Positions 56,485 to 64,000 of a stretch of 64,000 nucleotides of DNA are shown in pieces. Under the pieces are notes generated by a model, which searched no databases, had not been told where the DNA came from, and saw only the letters and a program-made list of their open reading frames with translations. Origin of the DNA: Spirosomataceae bacterium (lineage in GTDB: Bacteria; Bacteroidota; Bacteroidia; Cytophagales; Spirosomataceae). The translations under genes were made by a program, and so were the position numbers. The stretch lies in contig JBKBOU010000001.1 in NCBI GenBank assembly GCA_046293395.1, positions 417,271-481,270 on the forward strand. Direction: 5' to 3'. How positions within the stretch are numbered: the first letter of the stretch is position 1; each line of letters starts with the position of its first letter.

Positions 56485-56955
56485 TTAAAAAGTTGTTCGC
56501 GTAACCCACGCAAGCCGTTTCCACCAGTAGGGCTGTTGGAGTAAGTCAATCCGGACACCCTTGCTCGTAGAAGCATGTAAAAAATAAATCTCATCTTTGG
56601 ATTTTCTCTCTACGATAATGCCCGAATGATTGATTTTTTTCTGTGTAGCCCGAAAAAACACCAAATCTCCTGCCTGGCATTTTTCAACCGCAATTTTCGG
56701 AAAAACCTCCGCTTGTTTGGCTGCAACCCGTGGGAAATCCCGTTGTACAGCCTGAAATGAATTGAACAACAAACCCGAACAGTCAATGCCTTCCTTCGAC
56801 GTACCTCCATATTTATAGGGAGTACCAACAAAAGATAATCCAGCTTCTATGAATTGCCGACGTTGTTTATTTTCGGTTCTTTGAACTCTTTTTGAGCAAC
56901 TCGACACCACAAAAGCAAGAAAAAAAAGAACTCCGACGGTTGTGTTTATCTTCAT
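56485..56955 (-). CDS. NlpC/P60 (C40) family peptidoglycan endopeptidase lipoprotein
   Basis: Lipobox VVSSC, catalytic GIDCSGLLFNSF, GDLVFF...INHSGIIV. Confidence 0.85.
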   Translation of the reverse strand: MKINTTVGVLFFLAFVVSSCSKRVQRTENKQRRQFIEAGLSFVGTPYKYGGTSKEGIDCSGLLFNSFQAVQRDFPRVAAKQAEVFPKIAVEKCQAGDLVFFRATQKKINHSGIIVERKSKDEIYFLHASTSKGVRIDLLQQPYWWKRLAWVTRTTF

Positions 56956-56960
56956 TTACC

Positions 56961-57845
56961 TCACTTTTTTGTTTCTTTTAATGTTTCATAAACGAGCATC
57001 AAAATGCCGTCTTTCAATCCTAAGTCGGGTACATAGATTTCTTCAGCACCTGCCCATCGCATAGCAGAAAGATATATTTCAGAAGCGTGAATAATCACAT
57101 CTGCACGGTCTGGGTTCATCTTTAACTTATGTATTCGCTCTTCTTCTGTAAAACTATCTAGGAATTGAATCGTCTTTTCTAATTCTACCAAAGTTGCACA
57201 ACCTTCACTTGTTTTTTGGGCGTGATCAACGAGTTTGGTGATATTTCCACCCGTCCCGACTGCTGTCACTTTTTCGTTATTTGGAATATTTTCTTCAATC
57301 CAACTGTGAATTTTCTTCCAAACATCTTTCGTAACGCGACCCTCCAGTAAACGTACCGAACCAATTTTGAACGAATTAGAAACAATTTTTCTGTGACCTT
57401 TGTAAATATTTAATTCCGTGCTTCCTCCACCAACATCAATGTGGAGGTAGGTTTTTGCAGGGTCTAAAATCTTGACAATCACGTTATTAATCAATTCAGC
57501 TTCTTTTTCACCAGAAATCAAATGGATTTTCATGCCCAATTCAAGTTGCACGCGCTCAACAATATTGACACCGTTTTCAGATTCGCGCAGCGCAGAAGTT
57601 GCACAAATCATGTAGGCATCCACATCGTGTAATTCCATCAAGAGCTTATAAATGGTCAGTAATTTCTTGAGTTTTGCCTCTGTCAAATAACTGATTTTAC
57701 CCGTCGTAAAAACATCGTGACCCAACCGAAGTGCATAGCGAACGTACTCCACTTTTTTAAAACTGATTTTCCCTTCGTCTGTCAAAACTGAGCTAATCTG
57801 CATTCTTGCAGCATTCGAACCGATATCAATTGCGGCTATTTTCAT
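56961..57845 (-). CDS. Ppx/GppA-family phosphatase (short, actin-fold domains only)
   Basis: MKIAAIDIGSNAARM, HIDVGGGSTE, AVGTGGN. Confidence 0.8.
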   Translation of the reverse strand: MKIAAIDIGSNAARMQISSVLTDEGKISFKKVEYVRYALRLGHDVFTTGKISYLTEAKLKKLLTIYKLLMELHDVDAYMICATSALRESENGVNIVERVQLELGMKIHLISGEKEAELINNVIVKILDPAKTYLHIDVGGGSTELNIYKGHRKIVSNSFKIGSVRLLEGRVTKDVWKKIHSWIEENIPNNEKVTAVGTGGNITKLVDHAQKTSEGCATLVELEKTIQFLDSFTEEERIHKLKMNPDRADVIIHASEIYLSAMRWAGAEEIYVPDLGLKDGILMLVYETLKETKK

Positions 57846-57906
57846 TTATATATGGTTATTGAACCTACAAAAATATATAAATTTGCTCCAACGAAAAGTA
57901 ATTCAC

Positions 57907-58332
57907 ATGATTTCATTTACATCTCAATATCCCTCCTTCGATTTAAAGCCCAAAAACACGTATAAAAAGTGGCTTCGTCATATTGCAGCTGCCCATAAAT
58001 TCGAGATACAAGAATTGACGTATATTTTTTTATCTGATGCAGAATTGCTCGAAATCAATCAAACCTATCTCCAACACGATACCTTCACGGACATTATCAC
58101 ATTTGATAATTCAGAGGAACAGCAAGTCATTGAGGGCGATATATTCATTAGCGTAGATCGAGTAAAAGAGAACGCAGAGAAATTCAAGGTTCCTTTTCAA
58201 ACAGAATTAAACCGCGTCATTGCGCACGGTCTCTTGCATCTTTGCGGATTTTTAGACAAGAAACAAGCAGATGTACAAAAAATGCGCGAAGAGGAAGAAA
58301 AAGCCATTCAACTTTTTGACCAATTCAAGTAA
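57907..58332 (+). CDS. ybeY: rRNA maturation endoribonuclease YbeY
   Basis: Zinc motif HGLLHLCGFLD, TDIITFD. I prefer the ATG at 57907 (MISFTSQ...). Confidence 0.85.
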   Translation: MISFTSQYPSFDLKPKNTYKKWLRHIAAAHKFEIQELTYIFLSDAELLEINQTYLQHDTFTDIITFDNSEEQQVIEGDIFISVDRVKENAEKFKVPFQTELNRVIAHGLLHLCGFLDKKQADVQKMREEEEKAIQLFDQFK

Positions 58333-58443
58333 AAAGCCAAAGTAAGGTGCTTTATCTACTATTTACACGTATTCATCACTTACAACAAAATAAACCTAAA
58401 CTTGAGCGGATGAAATAAGTCTAAAGACAAACAACTAGTTTAT

Positions 58444-61200
58444 ATGCGACTTATTTACATAACCACTTTATTTTTGTTGGGCAGTTTTACTGCCTTTTCA
58501 CAGTTTGGTATCCGAGGAAGATTGATTGATAGCCAAGAGAAAACAGGCGTTATCGGCGCGGCTGTTCGACTAACATCCGCCAAAGATACGACCAAGTCCG
58601 TAGGTGTTTTTACAGACATCGAAGGCGTTTTCCAGATAAAAAATATCGCAAACGGTACGTATTCGTTACAAATCACCTACATTGGCTACCAAACCATTCG
58701 TCGAAACATCTCAATACAAAAAGATGAAAACTTAGGCGAAATGCTTTTTCAGGCTGAAAACAAATTATTAAAAGAAGTAATTGTGCAAGGCAAACAAGTC
58801 CGGGCAGAGCAAAAAGGAGATACCGTACAATACAATGCCGATGCCTATAAAGTGAATAAAGATGCCTCCGCAGAAGAATTAATTACCAAAATACCTGGCA
58901 TTACGACCCAAAACGGACGCGTAGAAGCACAAGGGGAAGCAGTGCGGCGCGTAACTGTGGACGGACAGGAATATTTTGGGGATGACGCTGCGGCAGCTTT
59001 AAAAAATTTACCAGCTGAAATTATTTCCAAAGTTGAAGTTTTTGATCGCCTCAGTGACCAAGCCCAATTCTCGGGTGTGAATGACGGAAATACGGAGAAA
59101 GCAATCAATATCGTCACGAAATCAGGAAAAAATAACGGTCAATTTGGTAAATTTTATGGTGGATTTGGAACAGATGACCGTTTTGCTGCGGGAGGAAACG
59201 CCAATTATTTCAAAAAAACACGGCGTATTTCCGTCATTGGCTTATCCAATAATGTGAACATTCAGAATTTTGCGAATGAGGATATTTTGGAAGCCATGGG
59301 TGGAGGAAACCAAAATGGACAGCGATTTCGAGGAGGTGGAAATGGCGGAAACAACGATTTTTTTGTAGCGCCTTCCAATGGAATTACCCGCACGCACGCC
59401 CTTGGCATTAACTACAGCGATGCCATCGGCAAAAAACTCAAATACAGCACGAGTATTTTCCTCAATGACACAAAAAATACAGTTGAAACTACGTTATCTC
59501 GGCTTTTACTCCTTCCCAATCAAACCAATCAATTGTATGAACAACTAAGTAACCAAACGGGACAAAACGCAAATACGCGAATCAATGCACGCATTGAGTA
59601 TTCACCGAACCGAAACAACCAATTTATCATTACCCCACGGATTAGTTTACAGTCCAATGCTACTTCCACCGAATTAGTGGGTAAAAATTCACTTCAATCT
59701 AATTTTTTATCCCAACTTACAAGCCAACAGGCGATGGAGTCCAGTGGAAATTCGGTGAATGGTTCCATTTTATACAATCATCGGTTTGCAAAAGCAGGCA
59801 GAACACTGTCGCTCAACACGACACTTTCAAGTTCAGTGAATCAAAGCAATGCCCTACTATTCTCCGAAAATTTGTTTGCCAATAGCACAAACAACCAAAA
59901 TATAGACCAGGAAACTCGTTCTGACATCAACAGAAACGGACTTACAACTCGGCTTGAATACAACGAGCCCTTGAGCAAACAAAGCCAATTGCAACTTGGG
60001 TATGAAAAATCGTGGTCAACGACTGATTCTGACCGCAAAACATTTGACAAAGAACTTACTGAAAACCTATATAACCGCTTGAATATCCCGCTTTCCAATG
60101 AATTTATGAGTGACTACAATCTCGATAAAGGAAGTATCTCATACCGTTACAACAAAGGCCGAACATTCAATGCAAACGCCTCATTATCAGCCCAAAAAGC
60201 AACCTTAACAGGAGATCAAACCTTTCCGTTTGCATTTGATGTCAACCGTGAATTTCTCAATATATTACCGAATGCTTTTGTGCGCTATGCGATTAGTCCA
60301 CAAAAAAATATTCGATTTTTCTATCGAACATCCGCAAATGCACCGAGTATTACCCAGTTGCAACGTGTGATAAATAATACCAATCCTTTGCAATTACGAA
60401 CAGGAAACCCGGAATTAGACCAAGAATTTGGGCATAATGGCTCGGTTCGGTACAGCAGTTCCAATTTAAAAAAGGGAACAAATTTTTATGCGAATATTGG
60501 GTCACAAATAACGATGAATAACATTACCAACACGACGCTCATCGCCCAAATGGATACGACAATCAACGGTGTTTTGCTGAATAAAGGCACACAATTGACC
60601 CTACCGATTAACTACGGCAAAAGTTGGCGTGTGAATAGTTTTGTGACGTATGGTTTCCCCTTGACAGTCATCAAGAGCAATTTGAATGTGAACGGAGGGA
60701 TAAGTTATACGAATACGCCGGGTTTAACCAACGGACAAGAAAACATAGCGGAGAATACGTCTATAAACGGTGGGCTTGTGCTTAGCTCAAATATCAATGA
60801 AAATATTGACTTTTCACTCTCCTACCGTATGGCTTACTCGTTTATAAACAACAGTTTACGTCCAGAGTTGAATAGTAATTTTTATACACAGAATGCCTCC
60901 GCGAAGTTCAATTGGATAAGTAAAAAAGGAGCAGTTGTGCAGTGGGAAGGAGCGAATACAGGTATTCGAGGATTGGGAGCAGAATTTGACCAGAATTTTA
61001 CGTTGGTGAATGCCAGTATCGGGCAAAAATTAGGCAAGAGACAAGCATCGGAATTAAAACTAACGGTTTTCGATTTATTCAATCAAAATCAAGCGATATC
61101 GAGAATCCTTACCGAATCGTCAGTAGAAGATAGTCGTTCGTTGGTTTTACAACAGTATTTTTTACTCACTTATACCTATTTTCTACGTAAATTTAAGTAA
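58444..61200 (+). CDS. Outer-membrane beta-barrel protein with N-terminal carboxypeptidase-regulatory-like domain and plug-like segment (TonB-dependent-receptor-like)
   Basis: Signal peptide; GIRGRLIDSQEKTGVIGAAVRL...NGTYSLQITYIGY (CarbopepD_reg-like); VEVFDRLSDQAQFSG plug-like segment; long barrel ending ...TYTYFLRKFK. No adjacent SusD-like gene. Confidence 0.7.
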   Translation: MRLIYITTLFLLGSFTAFSQFGIRGRLIDSQEKTGVIGAAVRLTSAKDTTKSVGVFTDIEGVFQIKNIANGTYSLQITYIGYQTIRRNISIQKDENLGEMLFQAENKLLKEVIVQGKQVRAEQKGDTVQYNADAYKVNKDASAEELITKIPGITTQNGRVEAQGEAVRRVTVDGQEYFGDDAAAALKNLPAEIISKVEVFDRLSDQAQFSGVNDGNTEKAINIVTKSGKNNGQFGKFYGGFGTDDRFAAGGNANYFKKTRRISVIGLSNNVNIQNFANEDILEAMGGGNQNGQRFRGGGNGGNNDFFVAPSNGITRTHALGINYSDAIGKKLKYSTSIFLNDTKNTVETTLSRLLLLPNQTNQLYEQLSNQTGQNANTRINARIEYSPNRNNQFIITPRISLQSNATSTELVGKNSLQSNFLSQLTSQQAMESSGNSVNGSILYNHRFAKAGRTLSLNTTLSSSVNQSNALLFSENLFANSTNNQNIDQETRSDINRNGLTTRLEYNEPLSKQSQLQLGYEKSWSTTDSDRKTFDKELTENLYNRLNIPLSNEFMSDYNLDKGSISYRYNKGRTFNANASLSAQKATLTGDQTFPFAFDVNREFLNILPNAFVRYAISPQKNIRFFYRTSANAPSITQLQRVINNTNPLQLRTGNPELDQEFGHNGSVRYSSSNLKKGTNFYANIGSQITMNNITNTTLIAQMDTTINGVLLNKGTQLTLPINYGKSWRVNSFVTYGFPLTVIKSNLNVNGGISYTNTPGLTNGQENIAENTSINGGLVLSSNINENIDFSLSYRMAYSFINNSLRPELNSNFYTQNASAKFNWISKKGAVVQWEGANTGIRGLGAEFDQNFTLVNASIGQKLGKRQASELKLTVFDLFNQNQAISRILTESSVEDSRSLVLQQYFLLTYTYFLRKFK

Positions 61201-61220
61201 GAAAAAAAGAAGAAAACGAA

Positions 61221-61251
61221 GCCGCTTTTACAAATGCGTTGTAAAAGCGGT
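61221..61251. terminator. Hairpin between convergent OM-barrel gene and lrp-family gene (overlaps the lrp stop)
   Basis: GCCGCTTTTACA-AATGCGT-TGTAAAAGCGGT. Confidence 0.65.
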
Positions 61252-61704
61252 TTCATTTTTAATTTCGCTCATAACAAAAATACTTTGCGTACTTCCAATA
61301 TTATCAAGCGATGCCAATTTATTCATAATGAAGTTTTGATACGATTTCATGTCCGTGACCACCACTTTAATCATAAAATCATAATCACCAGAAATATTTA
61401 GACACTCAATTACCTCCTCCATTTTACGGATAGCCTCTACAAAACCCATCCCTGCGTCTCGTGCATGTTCTTTGAGCCGAATATTGCACAAGACCATCAA
61501 ATCTTTGCCTATTTTATCTCTGTCCACAATAGCCACATATCTTTTGATGACCCCTTCTTGTTCCATTCTCCGGACACGCTCATACACGGGTGTGGGTGAG
61601 AGATTCAAGCGGGCGGCAAGCTCCTTCGTGGTTAACTTTGCGTCTGCTTGGAGATACGCCAAAATATCTCTATCTATATCATCCAATTTATGTCCCTTTG
61701 TCAT
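61228..61704 (-). CDS. Lrp/AsnC-family transcriptional regulator
   Basis: LDDIDRDILAYLQADAKLTTKELAARLNLSPTPVYERVRRMEQEGVIKRY (HTH_AsnC) plus a C-terminal RAM/ACT-like domain. Confidence 0.88.
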   Translation of the reverse strand: MTKGHKLDDIDRDILAYLQADAKLTTKELAARLNLSPTPVYERVRRMEQEGVIKRYVAIVDRDKIGKDLMVLCNIRLKEHARDAGMGFVEAIRKMEEVIECLNISGDYDFMIKVVVTDMKSYQNFIMNKLASLDNIGSTQSIFVMSEIKNETAFTTHL

Positions 61705-61742
61705 ACCTTATTAGATAATTTAATAAATTTAACGAACAAATA

Positions 61743-61757
61743 TAGATAATTTATCTA
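61743..61757. promoter_or_regulatory. Perfect 7-1-7 palindrome TAGATAATTTATCTA, candidate Lrp-family operator
   Basis: 13 of 15 positions fit the E. coli Lrp consensus YAGHAWATTWTDCTR. Extra half-sites TAGATAA at 61712 and TTATCTA at 61783. Confidence 0.5.
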
Positions 61758-61796
61758 ATTAATTACCAATTACTTTAATTATTATCTATTTACTTC

Positions 61797-61804
61797 TATA
61801 TTTG
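61797..61804 (+). promoter_or_regulatory. Candidate -7 box (TATATTTG) for metH
   Basis: TAnnTTTG match 30 nt upstream of the metH ATG. Confidence 0.4.
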
Positions 61805-61833
61805 TCACTTTAAAAATTAACGTTAGAGCCACC

Positions 61834-64000
61834 ATGGTAACAAAACCAGCAATTCGCGCCTTACTTCCTCATCGCATCCTTGTTTTAGACGGAGCTATGG
61901 GAACCATGATTCAACGGTATAAATTAGAGGAAGAAGACTACCGTGGAGAACAATTCAAAGATTGGCCTTCCCCTTTGAAGGGCAATAATGATTTATTGTC
62001 TATCACACAGCCACATATTATTAAGGAAATACACGCCGCCTACCTAGAGGCAGGTGCTGATATTATTGAAACAAACACGTTTTCAGGCACTTCCATCGCG
62101 ATGGAAGACTATAAAATGGCTGATTTGGTGTATCAACTAAACTTCGAATCTGCTAGAATTGCCCGTGATGTGGCAGATGAATTTACACAAAAAAATCCAG
62201 AAAAACCCAGATATGTTGCTGGTTCTATTGGACCAACGAACCGCACAGCCTCTATGTCTCCGGATGTAAATGACCCTGGTTTTCGGGCTGTTTATTTCAA
62301 TGACCTAGTTTCAGCTTACTACGAACAAGTCAAAGCACTGGCGGAAGGTGGCGCAGATATATTTTTGGTAGAAACGGTATTCGATACGCTCAACGCAAAA
62401 GCAGCGCTTTTCGCGATAGACCTCTACTTGAACGAGCAAAAAATAGAACGAAATGACCCTGAATTTGAGATTCCAATCATGGTTTCAGGGACAATTACGG
62501 ACCAATCCGGCAGAACTCTTTCGGGGCAAACAACAGAGGCCTTTTTAACCTCTGTTTCACACATGCCGCTGCTTTCGATAGGGCTAAACTGTGCTTTAGG
62601 TGCAGACTTAATGCGCCCTTATGTACAAACATTGGCAAAGGAAGCTGCATTCCCGGTTTCTGCACACCCGAATGCCGGCTTACCCAATGAAATGGGAGAA
62701 TACGACCAATCGGCAGAAGATATGGGAGAAATCATCGAAGGATTCCTCCAAGATAGATTCATCAATATCATCGGCGGCTGCTGCGGAACTACCCCAGAGC
62801 ATGTAAAAAAAATGGCCGATTTGGCGGCACTCTATCCACCTCGCACTTTACCTGAAAAAGACCATACACTCCGGCTATCGGGACTTCTTCCTTTAAAAGT
62901 AACCGAACAAACGAATTTCGTCAATATCGGCGAACGTTGCAATGTGACAGGTTCACGCAAATTTGCCCGACTTATTCGCGAAGAAAACTACGAGGCAGCG
63001 CTGCAAGTTGCCAAAGAGCAAGTAGAAAATGGGGCACAAATTCTCGATATCAACCTCGACGAAGGAATGATTGATGGAGTAGCAACCATGAAAAAGTTTT
63101 TGAACCTTTTGGCAGCAGAACCCGATATTTCAACCGTTCCGTTGATGATAGATTCTTCTGATTGGGCGGTTATCGAGGCGGGACTTCAATGTGTACAAGG
63201 AAAAGCTATTGTCAACTCAATTTCGTTAAAAGACGGAGAAAAAGCATTCATCGAACGTGCCAAACTTGTCAAAGCGTATGGTGCAGCGACGGTTGTCATG
63301 GCTTTTGATGAGCAAGGGCAAGCGGATTCCTACGAAAGACGCATTGAAATTTGTGCGCGGGCTTACCGGATTTTAGTGGAAAACGTACAATTTCCGCCGC
63401 AAGACATCATCTTTGACCCCAACATTCTGACAGTTGGGACCAATATGGAAGAACACGCAAATTATGCGATTGACTTCTTTAAGGCAACCAAATGGATCAA
63501 AGAAAATCTACCGTATGCGAAGGTATCAGGTGGTGTTTCAAATATTTCTTTCTCTTTCCGTGGAAACGAGACAATCCGCGAGGCCATGAATACCGCATTT
63601 CTTTATCATGCCATTAAAGAAGGCATGGATATGGGAATTGTGAATGCGGGGCAAACAGGAATTTACAGCGAAATCGACCCTGTCATTCTTGAACACGTGG
63701 AAGACGTATTATTTAATAGAAAACCCGATGCGGCGGATAGATTGACAGAACTTTCAAATAAGATTGTATCCAAGAAGTCAAATGGAAATGCGGAAGGAGA
63801 AGAAGAACGGAACGCTTGGAGACAACTACCCATTCAGGAAAGATTAGCACATTCATTAGTAAAAGGTATCGACGAATATATTGACACAGATACCGAAGAA
63901 TGTCGCGTTTTGTATGCACGACCATTGGAAGTCATTGAAGGTCCATTAATGGACGGGATGAATATTGTAGGGGATTTGTTCGGACAAGGGAAAATGTTTT
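61834..64000 (+). CDS. metH: Cobalamin-dependent methionine synthase, N-terminal ~722 codons (3' end outside window)
   Basis: Not in the ORF track because no stop is reached. ATG at 61834 then [29 protein letters not shown] (Hcy-binding domain). GGCCGTTP zinc site, pterin-binding domain ([23 protein letters not shown]), and the start of the B12 cap domain ([14 protein letters not shown]...[26 protein letters not shown]). Confidence 0.93.
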   Translation, partial: MVTKPAIRALLPHRILVLDGAMGTMIQRYKLEEEDYRGEQFKDWPSPLKGNNDLLSITQPHIIKEIHAAYLEAGADIIETNTFSGTSIAMEDYKMADLVYQLNFESARIARDVADEFTQKNPEKPRYVAGSIGPTNRTASMSPDVNDPGFRAVYFNDLVSAYYEQVKALAEGGADIFLVETVFDTLNAKAALFAIDLYLNEQKIERNDPEFEIPIMVSGTITDQSGRTLSGQTTEAFLTSVSHMPLLSIGLNCALGADLMRPYVQTLAKEAAFPVSAHPNAGLPNEMGEYDQSAEDMGEIIEGFLQDRFINIIGGCCGTTPEHVKKMADLAALYPPRTLPEKDHTLRLSGLLPLKVTEQTNFVNIGERCNVTGSRKFARLIREENYEAALQVAKEQVENGAQILDINLDEGMIDGVATMKKFLNLLAAEPDISTVPLMIDSSDWAVIEAGLQCVQGKAIVNSISLKDGEKAFIERAKLVKAYGAATVVMAFDEQGQADSYERRIEICARAYRILVENVQFPPQDIIFDPNILTVGTNMEEHANYAIDFFKATKWIKENLPYAKVSGGVSNISFSFRGNETIREAMNTAFLYHAIKEGMDMGIVNAGQTGIYSEIDPVILEHVEDVLFNRKPDAADRLTELSNKIVSKKSNGNAEGEEERNAWRQLPIQERLAHSLVKGIDEYIDTDTEECRVLYARPLEVIEGPLMDGMNIVGDLFGQGKMF

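Noticed and set aside
56403-56594. 63-aa minus-strand ORF spanning tRNA-Ala and the end of the NlpC/P60 gene.
   Set aside because: It overlaps a well-folded tRNA gene and the 3' end of a supported CDS in another frame.
61705-61833. A cobalamin or SAM riboswitch upstream of metH.
   Set aside because: The spacer is only 129 nt and AT-rich, it has no B12-box-like or SAM-I/II core sequence, and a promoter-like box sits 30 nt from the ATG.
1-64000. Searched for mobile elements, prophage genes, CRISPR arrays, restriction-modification, toxin-antitoxin or other defence islands.
   Set aside because: No transposase, integrase or recombinase-like ORF. No regularly spaced direct repeats other than the tRNA-Lys pair and the ACTAA array. 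Every sizeable ORF has a housekeeping or envelope assignment. The window looks like core chromosome.

Overview
This window reads as a contiguous, densely coding piece of core chromosome from a member of the Bacteroidota. Supporting evidence seen in the sequence: a 287-aa primary sigma factor lacking region 1.1; TAnnTTTG-type -7 boxes in front of the RNA genes, gap and metH; a protease with a T9SS-type C-terminal sorting domain; a long-tailed S16; and HU-CCDC81/SPOR and putative-porin type proteins. I can support about 55 protein genes. They run from the 3' end of fabG at the left edge to the 5' two-thirds of metH, which runs off the right edge. metH is missing from the supplied ORF track because its frame never closes. 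I also call RNase P RNA, five tRNAs (CAT anticodon, two identical tandem Lys-UUU, Leu-GAG, Ala-GGC) and about 15 intrinsic terminators. Several ORF-track starts are TTG/GTG extensions and I trimmed them to more plausible ATG starts. Negative result: I see no transposase, integrase, phage gene, CRISPR array, restriction-modification, toxin-antitoxin or recognisable defence gene. I cannot honestly claim a clear novel multi-gene system; most of the window is housekeeping. The leads I consider most worth a second look are: (1) five helically phased ACTAA repeats next to the gap promoter, inside an unusually long 634-bp AT-rich ORF-free spacer; (2) an orphan circularly permuted ATP-grasp gene fused in an operon with a GT4 glycosyltransferase, convergent with a YfhO-family membrane protein and lacking its usual alpha-E/transglutaminase partners; (3) a DnaB helicase whose disordered C-terminal tail ends in an SSB-like acidic tip (NEEEYPF); (4) a long minus-strand operon joining a 999-aa TPR protein, a beta-barrel, an HU/SPOR protein and an ExbBD-less TonB-like protein through overlapping stop/start codons; (5) a near-consensus Lrp palindrome between a divergent lrp-family gene and metH. 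All RNA, hairpin and motif coordinates were counted by hand and may be off by 1-3 nt. Family names are from recall of sequence motifs, not from searches.
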